A DNA stretch of 64,000 nt from an uncultured Verrucomicrobiae bacterium. GTDB taxonomy: Bacteria > Verrucomicrobiota > Verrucomicrobiia > Chthoniobacterales > UBA10450. The stretch is taken from positions 480,001 to 544,000 of the forward strand of contig CAVSDR010000006.1 in the NCBI GenBank assembly GCA_963726745.1. Direction: 5' to 3'. Numbering within the stretch: position 1 is the stretch's first letter; every line of letters begins with the position of its first letter. Positions 1 through 9,326 of this stretch are shown here, piece after piece. The notes beneath the pieces are model-generated. The model did no database searches and was not told the origin of the DNA. It was given only the letters and a program-made list of their open reading frames with translations. A program made the translations under genes and the position numbers.

Positions 1-1685
1 ATCTCGTCGTGCCGCACCGCGCCCACGTCGTTTAGGCCGGGCACGTCCTCTGCGAGCAACACCGCGTGCACACCAGGAAAGGCCCGCGCCGCGCTCGCGT
101 CGCGCCGGAGAATTTTCGCGTGCGCGTGTGGCGAGCAGACCGGCCAGACTTCGAGCATCGCCTCGGATTGCGCGCAGTCGTCCACGTAGATCGCCTCGCC
201 GGTGACATGTTTATGCGCGCTCTCGTGCGGCAGCGATGCCGGACGCTCCGCGAGCGCGCGCGCGATCTTCCCCGGAGACGGAACCGGCGCTTCCTCTTCG
301 AGGAATCGAGCCAGCAAACTGGTGATCAATTCCCGCCGGTAAAGCTCGCTCCCGCGCACGTCCGAGATCGGCGAAAACTCCGCCGCCAGCACCGGCGCGA
401 CCTCTGCGAAAATCTCCGGCCGCCAGTGCTTGCCCAAGAGCGCTTGCTCAGTCGCATGCGCCCGCACCGGCATCGCGGCCACGCCGCCGAAAGCGACGCG
501 CGCTTTTGTGATCGTGCCGCCCTCCGTGCGCTCGACCGCGAACGCGCCGGCCACGGTGCTGATGTCCATTTCGCGGCGCTTGGAGACTTTGAACCAGCGG
601 CGATGCGACCCGGCCGGAGGAACAGGCAGCAAGATGGCCCGAAGGATTTCGCCCGGCTCCAGCGCGGTCTGGCGGTAACTCACGAAAAATTTCTCCAGCG
701 GCAACACGCGTTCGCCTTTCGCGGAAGCGAGCACGACCTGCGCATCGAGCGCGAGCAGGACCGGCGCGGAATCGCCGATGGGCGACGCGGTCACAAGATT
801 TCCGCCCATGGTCGCGCGGTTCCGAATCTGCCGCGAGCCGAAGACGAGGAGCATCTCGCGCAACTCCGGGAAGTCGCTCCCTAACGAGTCATCGATCTTC
901 GTGAGCGTGGCCGCGGCGCCGATCCGCCAGCCCTCGCCGGTGCGCTCGACCGCATTCAGCTCCGCGATCGCTTCCAGCGAGATCAGCACCGGGAAGCGGC
1001 GATATTTTTTCGTGATCTCGAGCCCGAGCTCGGTCGCGCCGGCGATCAGCCGTGCCTCCGGATTGGCGGCCATCATTTCGAAAAGGCGCGGGAGCGAAGT
1101 CGGCCGGAGAAACTTCTCCTCGCCATAGGTGTAGCGGACCGCGCCCGGCTTCGCTTTGGCTGTGCGCAGCTGTTCGTCGAACGAGTCCGCGCCGTGGCGC
1201 TGCGCGAAGGCGTCGGCCGCGGCGTCGCGGATCGGCCGGTAGCCGGTGCAACGGCAGAGGTTGCCGGCTAGTTGCTCATCGAGTTGCGCCGCGGTCTTCA
1301 GGTCCTTGCGGTAGTAGCCTTCGAACATCGACATGATGAAGCCGGGCGTGCAGTAACCGCATTGCGACCCGAAGTTTTCCACCATCGCCTGCTGCACCGG
1401 GTGCAGCTTTTTCGCACAGCCGACCCCTTCCACCGTGAGGAGTTCGCGCCCGGCCATGAGCGGCAGCGGGACAAGGCAGCTGTTGATCGCGCGGAAGCAG
1501 CGCTTTCCTTTCGCATCGCGATCGACCAGCGCGACCGAGCAGGCGCCGCAATCGCCTTCGGCGCAGCCTTCCTTCGAACCGGTCAGGCCATTGACCCGCA
1601 GCCATTCGAGCAGCGTGGTATTCGGTGAGACCGAGTCGACGCGGACCGCTTTCCCGTTCAGCCGAAACTCGAAGGCGTTGCTCAT
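1..1685 (-). CDS. xdhAB: Xanthine dehydrogenase, fused 2Fe-2S + FAD + molybdopterin-binding polypeptide; runs off the left edge
   Basis: Hand translation from ATG 1685 gives MSNAFEFRLNG..GSKEGCAEGDCGACSV..SQCGYCTPGF..GNLCRCTGYRPI (2Fe-2S) and FGSRQIRNRATMGGNL (FAD). It continues in the same frame with no stop into LPHESAHKHVTGEAIYVDD (XdhB N-terminus). Absent from the ORF track because no stop lies in the window. Confidence 0.9.
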   Translation of the reverse strand, partial: MSNAFEFRLNGKAVRVDSVSPNTTLLEWLRVNGLTGSKEGCAEGDCGACSVALVDRDAKGKRCFRAINSCLVPLPLMAGRELLTVEGVGCAKKLHPVQQAMVENFGSQCGYCTPGFIMSMFEGYYRKDLKTAAQLDEQLAGNLCRCTGYRPIRDAAADAFAQRHGADSFDEQLRTAKAKPGAVRYTYGEEKFLRPTSLPRLFEMMAANPEARLIAGATELGLEITKKYRRFPVLISLEAIAELNAVERTGEGWRIGAAATLTKIDDSLGSDFPELREMLLVFGSRQIRNRATMGGNLVTASPIGDSAPVLLALDAQVVLASAKGERVLPLEKFFVSYRQTALEPGEILRAILLPVPPAGSHRRWFKVSKRREMDISTVAGAFAVERTEGGTITKARVAFGGVAAMPVRAHATEQALLGKHWRPEIFAEVAPVLAAEFSPISDVRGSELYRRELITSLLARFLEEEAPVPSPGKIARALAERPASLPHESAHKHVTGEAIYVDDCAQSEAMLEVWPVCSPHAHAKILRRDASAARAFPGVHAVLLAEDVPGLNDVGAVRHDE

Positions 1686-3035
1686 GCGCCGCGCCGCCCT
1701 TGCAAAATCTTCAGGAACGAGCGCGAGCGAATTTCCTCGAGCGTGAGCCCGGTCTCGAGCGCTTCGCTCTCGGTGATCGCGCCGCAGGCAATTCCGCGGA
1801 GGAAGAAATTGAGCAAGCCCTGGCCGGTGGCGGCATCGTCGAAGACATCGCCGTGGAGCGAGGCGAGCGCGGCTTTTTCCACGAAGGCTTTCAGGCGATT
1901 CGAAGCGCTCGCAAGGCCGCCGAGGAAGAAATGGTAAACCGCGGCGTAGCGGGTCACGAGCTGCGCCGGGTGGAGATCCCAGCCTTGGTAAAAGCCATTG
2001 CGAAGCGAGTGCAGGTTGTCGTCAAACCCAAGACGCCAGGCCTTGTGCACCGACTCGCGGTTTTCGCGTTCCTGCTCCGGCGTGAGCGTTTGACCTTCGG
2101 CGGCGCGATGCGGCGCGGCCGGCAAGATATTGGTCGCGCCATCGGAAAGATGCACGCCGGTGCCGGCAGTGGAGACGAGCATCACCTGGCGCGCGAAGTC
2201 GCAGGTCGGATGGCCCATCGCCTGGTAGGCCGCGGTGATCCCGCAGGAGGCGGTGTAATCGTAAACGCCGAAATGGATGCTGCGGCAGCGCCCTTCCGCA
2301 GCCTCGATCAACGCGCCGATGCCCATCCGTCCCTGCTGGCTGATGATCGCCTGTGGCGTCTCGATCATCGGCTCGAGCTGGAGCGCACCGTTCGTTAGGC
2401 CGAGGCGTTCCTCGAGCAATTTGCAGTAGGCCACGGCGGCGTGCATTTGCTCGGGGAGCTGCACCTTCGGCACGGTGATGACGAAATTAGCCGGCAACTT
2501 CCCGCCGCTCTCGCGCAGGAGCGCGGAGAGGAAAAGATCGAGCGTGCGCACGCTCCGGGCGCGCAAGTCTTCATTGAGCGGCTTCAGGCGGATGCCGATG
2601 AAAGGCGGGAGCGTGCCCTGCGCCAGGCCACGTGCGACCTCGGCGGCGCTGGAGGCGGCGTGGCCATCTTCCTCCTCGTCGGCGCGATTGCCGTAGCCAT
2701 CCTCGAAGTCGAGCCGGAAATCTTCCACCGGTTCGCGCTCCAGTTTCTCCTGCACGCGCGCGATAGACTTTCTCCGCATGTTCGCCTTCGAGCCCGAGAA
2801 TCTTCCCAAGCGTCGCCGCGTCGGGCGCGTATTCCTCGAGCGAGCGCCGCGCGACCACGCCGAGGCGCTGCGCGGAATCGGCCCGGAAGAGGTGCGCGCC
2901 GCCGTAGACCACGTGGACCGCCTGGCGGCGATCGGATTCCCCGGGGTAATGGCGCAGGAAGCCGAGATTGGCCTCGCGCAAAGCGCTGTCTATTTTCTTC
3001 GTGTCGTCGGGCTGGAGAGTGGTTTTCGCGTTCAA
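1682..3035 (-). CDS. HpcH/HpaI aldolase-citrate lyase fold protein (DUF6986-like); one apparent frameshift near 2762
   Basis: ORF 2571..3035 N-terminus (HVVYGGAHLF) joins ORF 1682..2809 (DFRLDFEDGYG, PKV, MIETP, HFGVYDYTA, LSDGATN, QGWDLHPAQL). The TTG start overlaps the allantoinase TGA, and the stop overlaps the xdh ATG. Confidence 0.75.
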
Positions 3036-4307
3036 AATGGTTCCGGCCTAACGAATTGGGCGTTGGGGCGGCGGGGGAAATTACCATCCTCGAAGACGGT
3101 TTGTCCGCGCAAAAATGTGCGGCGCACGCGCGCTGGCGGCGTTCGGCCGATGTAAGGCGACTGCCGGTGCCGGTAATGGAGCGACTCCGCGGTGATGGTT
3201 TCGCCCGCGCCAAACTCGAGCAGGGAGAAGTCGGCATCCTTTCCCACTTCGAGCCCGCCCTTGTCCGCGAGGCGGAAACGCCGGGCGACGTTGGCGCTCG
3301 TGAGTTGACTCGATCCCCGGCAGGTCGGCCAGGAGCGGCAGAAGATGCTGGCAACCGGAGATGCCGCCCCAGACTTCCGCGAAATTCTCCCGCTGCTTCA
3401 TCTCCGGCGGCGAGGGCGAATGATCCGAGCCGATGGTCTCGACGTCCCCGAGGTGCGCCTGCAGGTCGCGCTGCTCTGCGGCCGAGCGCAGCGGCGGGGC
3501 GCACTTCGCCACCGCGCCTAACGAGACCATATCCTCGTCGGTCAGGAGCAGGTAATGCGGACAGGTTTCGCAGGAAACGTCGAGCCCGGCCGCGCGCGCT
3601 TGCGCCACCAGTGCCACGCCGCGTCCGCTGCTCACGTGCACCAGGTGCAGCCGGCATTTTGTTTCCTCCGCCAGCTCGAGCGCCTGCCGGATGGCTTCCA
3701 GCTCCGCTTCCACGGGGCGCGAATCGAGGAAGTCGCGCACCGTCCCGCCGCCTGCCGGACGCAAGGCCGCGGGCGCCTCCGCATGCAAGCCGACGAGCAG
3801 CCCGAGCTCCGCGGCGCGTGCCATCCCCGCGCGCAGCGTGGCCCAATCGGCGAACGGAAAATCGTCGATCCCGCTCGGGCACATGAAGGCCTTTAACCCC
3901 ACAACCCCGCGGTCGCGCAGCGTTTCCAAGTGCTCGAGGTTGCCCGGGACCAGGCCGCCCCAAAGCCCGAAGTCGGCTAACGAGTGCTCCTCCGCGGCCG
4001 CGCGCTTCGCGTCGAAGCTCGGGCCGTCGAGCGTCGGCGGGTGCGCGTTCAGCGGCATGTCGAAGAAGGTGGTGGTGCCGCCGGCGAGGGCCGCGCGCGA
4101 GCCGCTGGCAAAACCTTCCCAGTCCGTCCGGCCGGGCTCGTTGAAATGCACGTGCGCGTCGATCACCCCGGGGAAAATCGCCAGCGCGGTGGCATCAATC
4201 TCTGCCCGCGCCGCGCCCGGGAGGTTCGGTCCGATGGCGGTGAACTTGCCGTCTAAAATCCCGAGGTCGCGCTCGCGCCCGCGCACCAGGAGGTCGAACT
4301 CGCTCAT
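3032..4307 (-). CDS. allB: Allantoinase; apparent frameshift near 3305
   Basis: PGVIDAHVHFNEPGRTDWEGF, DMPLN, SCETCPHYL, KCAPPLR, SDHSP and WGGISG motifs. The C-terminus (GKDADF..HYRHRQSPYIG) is in ORF 3032..3247. Purine-catabolism context. Confidence 0.9.
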
Positions 4308-5305
4308 TCGTTAGGCAGCCGCGGCACGCCCCAGAGCCGCAGCCGGCTGACGCCGCCGTCCGGGAAAATATTCAGCCGCACATGGGTGCAGTTCTCCAGC
4401 GGAGCGAGTTCCTGCTCGAAGAAGTGGCGCGTGTGCGCCTCGAGCTTGGTCTGCGGGAGGATCGGCTGCCACGCGGCGCTGGCTAATTCCTCCGCGGTGG
4501 CGCCAGGCGCTTGCACGCCCTCGAGCGAGCAGGTGTCGGGGTAGTTGCCCTTGAAGTGATTCGTGTCGACCTCGATTTTCCGGATCGCGCCGGGACGGCC
4601 GAGCTGCAGGATCAGCCAATCGTGCCCGGGACCGCGGCGGCGTTTGGTCTCCCAGCCGTCGCCCATATTTTCGGAACGGCCGGGCATGATCAGGTTGTTC
4701 ATCGAGGAGAAAAACATGTCGCTGCAGGCGAGCGGCACGCCGCCATTCTCCACCGCCGCGAGGTCGACCGTTTCGCCGGGTCGCACCTTGCTCCAATCGG
4801 GCACGACCACGCCATAGACCCGCAGGCGGGCAACGCCGCCGTCCGGGAAAATGTTCAGTCGGAGATGCGTCCAGGCTTCTTCGTTCGCGATCGCGAAGAG
4901 ATTTTGCGAGCCGGGATCGAGCGGTGACTTCTCCAGGATCGTCGTCCAGCGAAGCTGCTCGAGGTCGCTGATCTCGCCGTCGGCGCGCGCGGCGTCGAGC
5001 GAAGCGAACGGCGGGTGGTTCCCGAGGAAGTGATTGGTGTCGATGTCCACCTGCCTAACGACTCCACGCAGGCCAAGCCGGAGGATGCACCAGTCGTGGC
5101 CCGGCGTGCGGCGCCGGCGGCTTTCCCAGCCATCCATCCACTTGCCGCGCTCGGTGTATTTATCGGGAATGAAGACGCCGCGCCCAGGCTTGAGGAGGTT
5201 TTCTTTCTCGGCAAAGAATTCGTCGTTCGCCTGGAGCGCAACGCCACCGACGCGCGCCGCCGCGAGGTCAACCAGGCCAGGAGGAGTGGAATCTTTTTCG
5301 CTCAT
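4304..5305 (-). CDS. alc: Allantoicase (two allantoicase repeats)
   Basis: Duplicated motifs DGWESRRRR/DGWETKRRR, DTNHFxGN and RLNIFPDGGVxRLR. Confidence 0.95.
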   Translation of the reverse strand: MSEKDSTPPGLVDLAAARVGGVALQANDEFFAEKENLLKPGRGVFIPDKYTERGKWMDGWESRRRRTPGHDWCILRLGLRGVVRQVDIDTNHFLGNHPPFASLDAARADGEISDLEQLRWTTILEKSPLDPGSQNLFAIANEEAWTHLRLNIFPDGGVARLRVYGVVVPDWSKVRPGETVDLAAVENGGVPLACSDMFFSSMNNLIMPGRSENMGDGWETKRRRGPGHDWLILQLGRPGAIRKIEVDTNHFKGNYPDTCSLEGVQAPGATAEELASAAWQPILPQTKLEAHTRHFFEQELAPLENCTHVRLNIFPDGGVSRLRLWGVPRLPNE

Positions 5306-5313
5306 GTGTGATT

Positions 5314-5634
5314 TCAGCTTCCGCGATAGGTGCTGTAGCTCCAGGGCGAGACCAGCAGCGGGACGTGATACTTCGCCATCTTGTCGGCTATTTTGAAACG
5401 GACGGGCACGCGATCGAGAAAAGCGTTCTCACCGAAGTAATCGCCGACGTGGAAAATGAGTTCGTAGTCGCCCGCGCGCATTTCGTCGCCGCTGAGCAGC
5501 GGGCCATCGGTGCGGCCGTCGGCGTTGGTAATCGCGGTCTTGAGGAGCTGGCCGGCAGCCCAGAGTTCAATCTTTAAGCCGGCGGCGGGACGGCCGCGGG
5601 CGGTATCGAGGACATGGGTGGAAAGCGTGCTCAT
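5314..5634 (-). CDS. uraH: 5-hydroxyisourate hydrolase (transthyretin-like)
   Basis: [15 protein letters not shown]-terminus and [19 protein letters not shown]-terminal signature. Confidence 0.97.
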   Translation of the reverse strand: MSTLSTHVLDTARGRPAAGLKIELWAAGQLLKTAITNADGRTDGPLLSGDEMRAGDYELIFHVGDYFGENAFLDRVPVRFKIADKMAKYHVPLLVSPWSYSTYRGS

Positions 5635-6128
5635 GGGGCCACGAGGTCGCGCAGCCGCAGCTCCGCAATTTGGTAGATCTCGCCGAGTGCGGTTTGGATT
5701 TCCTGCTCCCGGGAATTTTCCAGGCGCCGGGGGAAGGCGCGCAGGATGGCTTCCTTCTTGTTCAGGCGCGCGCAGATGACGAACGGAAAGCCGAAGCGCT
5801 CCGCATAAGCGCGATTGGAGCGGTCGAAAAACGCGACCTCCTCCGCGGAGAGTTCGCCCAGGCCGGCGCTCTGTTGCTCGCTTTGCGACTCGCTCGTGAG
5901 CACGGCGCGGCCGACAAGATCAGGATGCGCGCGGATCAAGGAAAGCTGTTCGTCCGCGGTGGCGGCCTCCACGGTTGCGCGGAGCGCGGCGAGCAGAGCC
6001 TCCAGGCTCACGAAGGGCCGCCGGGCGGCGGTGCGTTCCGCGATCCAGGGCGAATGCTCGAAGACCGGCCCGACGATGCGCGTGAACTCCGCGGGCGGGA
6101 GCGCATTCAACTCCTCCAGCTTTACCAT
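5631..6128 (-). CDS. uraD: OHCU decarboxylase
   Basis: [46 protein letters not shown]. Confidence 0.95.
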   Translation of the reverse strand: MVKLEELNALPPAEFTRIVGPVFEHSPWIAERTAARRPFVSLEALLAALRATVEAATADEQLSLIRAHPDLVGRAVLTSESQSEQQSAGLGELSAEEVAFFDRSNRAYAERFGFPFVICARLNKKEAILRAFPRRLENSREQEIQTALGEIYQIAELRLRDLVAP

Positions 6129-6173
6129 CGCGCTCCGGCCTGCCTTGAATTATGAATGGTGCGCAAGCTGCCC

Positions 6174-7016
6174 ATGAAACTCCTGAGCAATCGATACGGC
6201 AAGGCGCGAGTGCGCGTCCTGAAAATTTTACGCGCCGGGGCGCGGCACACGGTGCAGGAAATCGAGGTCACGGCCCTGCTCCAGGGCGACTTTGGCGAAA
6301 GCTACACCGCGGGCGACAACACCGGCGTGGTCCCGACGGACACGATCAAGAACACGATCAACGTGCTCGCGAAGGATCACCTGGGCGAGGAGATCGAGCG
6401 CTTCGCCCTCTCGTTAGGCAATCACTTCCTCGAGCGCTACAAGCAGGTCGCGAGCGCCAACATCGAGATCAGCGCCAAGCGCTGGGAGCGGATGGAGATA
6501 GAGGGCGAGCCGCACCCGCACGCCTTCGCAGCCGGGAGCGAGGCCCGGGGCTGGACCCGCGCGGTAAGCACGCGCGAGTCGCAGTTGGTCGAGTCCGGCG
6601 TGCGCGACCTGGTGATCATGAAATCGACCGGCTCCGGCTGGGCGGGTTTTCCGCGCTGCGAATACACCACCCTCCCGGAGACGACGGATCGCATCCTCGC
6701 GACCTCCTTTGACGCCACCTGGACCTGGTCCAACCTGCCGGCTGATTTTCGCCGGGCGAACGACGCGATCCTGGCCGCGATGTTGAAAGCTTTTGCGAAC
6801 AACTACAGCCCCTCGGCGCAGGCGAGCGTCTACCAGATGGGCGAGGCCGCGCTCAGTGTCTGCCCGGAGATCGCGCGCGTGGCCATGAAGATGCCGAACA
6901 AGCATTACCTCCTGGTGAACCTGAAGCCGTTCGGAATGGAAAATCAGAACGAGATCTTCGTCCCGACGGACGATCCGTTTGGCTTGATCGAAGGCACCGT
7001 CGTCCGCGATGCCTGA
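6174..7016 (+). CDS. pucL: Factor-independent urate oxidase (uricase); alternative start 6156
   Basis: YGKARVRV, VVPTDTIKNT, KSTGSGW, YTTLPETTDRILAT, SPSAQAS, MPNKHY, PFGLIEGTV. Confidence 0.95.
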   Translation: MKLLSNRYGKARVRVLKILRAGARHTVQEIEVTALLQGDFGESYTAGDNTGVVPTDTIKNTINVLAKDHLGEEIERFALSLGNHFLERYKQVASANIEISAKRWERMEIEGEPHPHAFAAGSEARGWTRAVSTRESQLVESGVRDLVIMKSTGSGWAGFPRCEYTTLPETTDRILATSFDATWTWSNLPADFRRANDAILAAMLKAFANNYSPSAQASVYQMGEAALSVCPEIARVAMKMPNKHYLLVNLKPFGMENQNEIFVPTDDPFGLIEGTVVRDA

Positions 7017-7803
7017 GGATTTGCTGGAGGAACTGCTCCGCGCGCGGCAGGCGCGCACCGCCTGTGTGCTCGCGACCGTCGCGGCCACCACCGGCTCCGT
7101 GCCGCGCGCCGCCGGCTCGAAGATGCTGGTCTACGCCGACGGCAAAACCAGCGGGACGATCGGCGGCGGAAAGTTCGAGGCGCTCGTGGTGGAGGAAGCA
7201 CGCGCCGCTTTGCGCGCAAAGGCTCCGATCTTGAAACGCTACCCGCTGCACGAGGAGGACGCGGCGTCGTTTGGCGCCATCTGCGGAGGCGAAGCGACGG
7301 TCTTGCTCGAGCCGCAGGCGCTGGCGGAAGCGATCTACCTCGTCGGCGGCGGGCATTGCGCGCGCGCCATCGCGCACCTCGCCAGCACGGCGGGTTTCGT
7401 GACTGGCGTGCTCGAGGATCGTGCGGAATTGCTGGAGGATTTTCCCGCGGCAACCGCGCGCCTGGCGGCGGACTTTATCGCCACCCATCCCTGGAGCCGC
7501 GATGAGGCGCTCGTGCTCGTAAGCCGGAATCACGAGGTCGACCGCGAGGCGCTGGCCGCGGCGATGGCGCACGCGGAGAATGCCGGCTATCTCGGGATGA
7601 TCGGTAGCCGGCGAAAGGTGCGGATGGTTTTCGAGCACTTGCGCGCTCGCGGCGTGACCGACGAGCAACTGGCGCGGGTGCACGCGCCCCTCGGCCTCGA
7701 CATCGGCGCGGATTCGCCGGCAGAAATCGCGATCAGCGCGCTCGCAGAAATCATCGCCGTGCTCCGCGGCCGCGACGCCACCTCGCTGCGCGCGGGAGTT
7801 TGA
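7009..7803 (+). CDS. xdhC: XdhC/CoxI family Moco-insertion accessory protein
   Basis: GSVPRAAGSKM, GTIGGG, CGG, GGGHCARA, YLGMIGSRRK, HAPLGLDIGADSPAEIAIS. Confidence 0.92.
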   Translation: MPEDLLEELLRARQARTACVLATVAATTGSVPRAAGSKMLVYADGKTSGTIGGGKFEALVVEEARAALRAKAPILKRYPLHEEDAASFGAICGGEATVLLEPQALAEAIYLVGGGHCARAIAHLASTAGFVTGVLEDRAELLEDFPAATARLAADFIATHPWSRDEALVLVSRNHEVDREALAAAMAHAENAGYLGMIGSRRKVRMVFEHLRARGVTDEQLARVHAPLGLDIGADSPAEIAISALAEIIAVLRGRDATSLRAGV

Positions 7804-7834
7804 CGCTTCGCGCGCCGGTCCCTACGCTGGGCGC

Positions 7835-8398
7835 ATGAGCAAGCTCGCTGAAGCCCTCGCCTCGGGCACCGAAGTGCAGGCGCCGATCGATCTGATGGGC
7901 TGGATCGAAGCGAACCGCGAGAAATTCAAGCCGCCGGTGAGCAATCGCTACCTCTACGATGGGCGCGACTTCTTTGTCATGATCATCAAGGGGCCGAATG
8001 CGCGGAACGATTTCCACCAGGTCGACAGCGAGGAGTTTTTCCTGCAACTCAAAGGCGACATCAAGGTGCGCATCCGCGAGGGCGACCGAATCGTCGATCA
8101 CCTGGTGAAAGAAGGAGAGACGTTCTTCATTCCGCCGAATGTCCCGCACGCACCGGTGCGTCCACCGGACACGCTCGGCCTGGTGGTTGAACGCCGCCGT
8201 CCGCCGGGCGAGCGCGAGCACGTGATCTTCTATTGCCCGAATTGCGAGGCGCTGGTGGAAGACATCGACTTCGATTGCGCCGATATCGTGCAGGCTTTCA
8301 GCAAAGCGATGACCGACTTCTGGGCGGACGACGCGCGCCGCACCTGCCCGGAGTGCGGCACCAAGGTCCCGCAGCCGGAGCCGGTGAAGCCGTTCTAA
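7835..8398 (+). CDS. nbaC: 3-hydroxyanthranilate 3,4-dioxygenase
   Basis: KPPVSN, GPNARNDFH, EEFFLQLKGD, PPNVPHAPVR, ERRR; rubredoxin-like CPNC..CPECG. Confidence 0.93.
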   Translation: MSKLAEALASGTEVQAPIDLMGWIEANREKFKPPVSNRYLYDGRDFFVMIIKGPNARNDFHQVDSEEFFLQLKGDIKVRIREGDRIVDHLVKEGETFFIPPNVPHAPVRPPDTLGLVVERRRPPGEREHVIFYCPNCEALVEDIDFDCADIVQAFSKAMTDFWADDARRTCPECGTKVPQPEPVKPF

Positions 8399-8415
8399 GC
8401 GCGGGCGAAATTTTA

Positions 8416-8433
8416 GGCAACTAATTGGTTGCC
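8416..8433. promoter_or_regulatory. Near-palindromic operator 1, likely bound by the adjacent ArsR regulator
   Basis: GGCAAC-TAATTG-GTTGCC inverted repeat upstream of the SRPBCC-ArsR pair. Confidence 0.6.
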
Positions 8434-8456
8434 AGTCCGGCCAGGCAGCTGCAATA

Positions 8457-8474
8457 TGCAACCATGAAGTTGCA
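8457..8474. promoter_or_regulatory. Near-palindromic operator 2 with the same GCAAC-N6-GTTGC geometry
   Basis: TGCAAC-CATGAA-GTTGCA, ending just before ATG 8476. Confidence 0.6.
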
Positions 8475-8475
8475 A

Positions 8476-8934
8476 ATGCAGGAAGACCAAATCCAGAAGC
8501 AAATCGAGATCGACGCCCCGGTCGCACGCGTTTGGCGCGCGCTGACCGATCACACGGAGTTCGGCCAATGGTTCGGCGTCGCGATCGACGGGCCATTTGT
8601 CGCCGGGGAAAAATCGCGCGGGCGGATGACCATCCCCGGTCATGAACAGGTGAAGTGGGACGTGGACGTGCAAGAGCTCGATCCGCAGCGCCATCTCTTT
8701 GCCTACACCTGGCATCCCTACGCGATCGATCCGGATCACGATTACTCGCAGGAACCGACGACACGAGTGGAGTTCCAACTGGAGGCGAAAGGCGACGGCA
8801 CGTTGTTGACCGTGACCGAGACCGGCTTCAGCAAGTTGCCGGCTAACCGGATGCCCGAGGCCTTGCGGATGAACACGCGCGGCTGGGAGATCCAGGCGCA
8901 GGACATCAAGGAGCATGTCGAGCAGAACGCCTAA
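8476..8934 (+). CDS. SRPBCC/AHSA1-like ligand-binding protein
   Basis: IEIDAPVARVWRALTD..FGQWFG, FAYTWHPYA, TRVEFQLE..GTLLTVTETGF, GW. Start chosen downstream of the operators; 8464 is possible. Confidence 0.88.
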   Translation: MQEDQIQKQIEIDAPVARVWRALTDHTEFGQWFGVAIDGPFVAGEKSRGRMTIPGHEQVKWDVDVQELDPQRHLFAYTWHPYAIDPDHDYSQEPTTRVEFQLEAKGDGTLLTVTETGFSKLPANRMPEALRMNTRGWEIQAQDIKEHVEQNA

Positions 8935-9265
8935 GACGCTGGCGGCGCCGCGGCTCCTGCAGCGGCACGCGCCGGTCTTCGCCGCGCTCAGCGATGCCAC
9001 CCGCCTGACCCTGGTGGCCCGACTGAGCGACGGCGCGCCGCGCTCGATCGCCCGGCTCGGCGAAGGGCTGGAAATGAGCCGCCAGGCGATCACGAAACAC
9101 CTGCGCGTCCTCGAGGGCGCGGGGCTGGTGCGGGCGGAGAGCGCAGGGCGCGAATGTCGCTTTGAGCTCGATGCCCGCCCGCTGGAAGAGGCGCGGGATT
9201 ACCTCAACGAAGTCTCGAGCCATTGGGACGCGGCGCTCGAGCGCTTGAAGAAATTCGTCGAGTGA
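8915..9265 (+). CDS. ArsR/SmtB family transcriptional regulator
   Basis: VFAALSDATRL, SRQAITKHLRVLEGAGLV..GRE, and C-terminal WDAALERLK. Confidence 0.92.
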   Translation: MSSRTPKTLAAPRLLQRHAPVFAALSDATRLTLVARLSDGAPRSIARLGEGLEMSRQAITKHLRVLEGAGLVRAESAGRECRFELDARPLEEARDYLNEVSSHWDAALERLKKFVE

Positions 9266-9326
9266 CCGGCGCGCGAGGCCGCGCTTGCCTGGCGCGACTG
9301 CCGCCCTTAGACCTTCCAGGGCGCGC

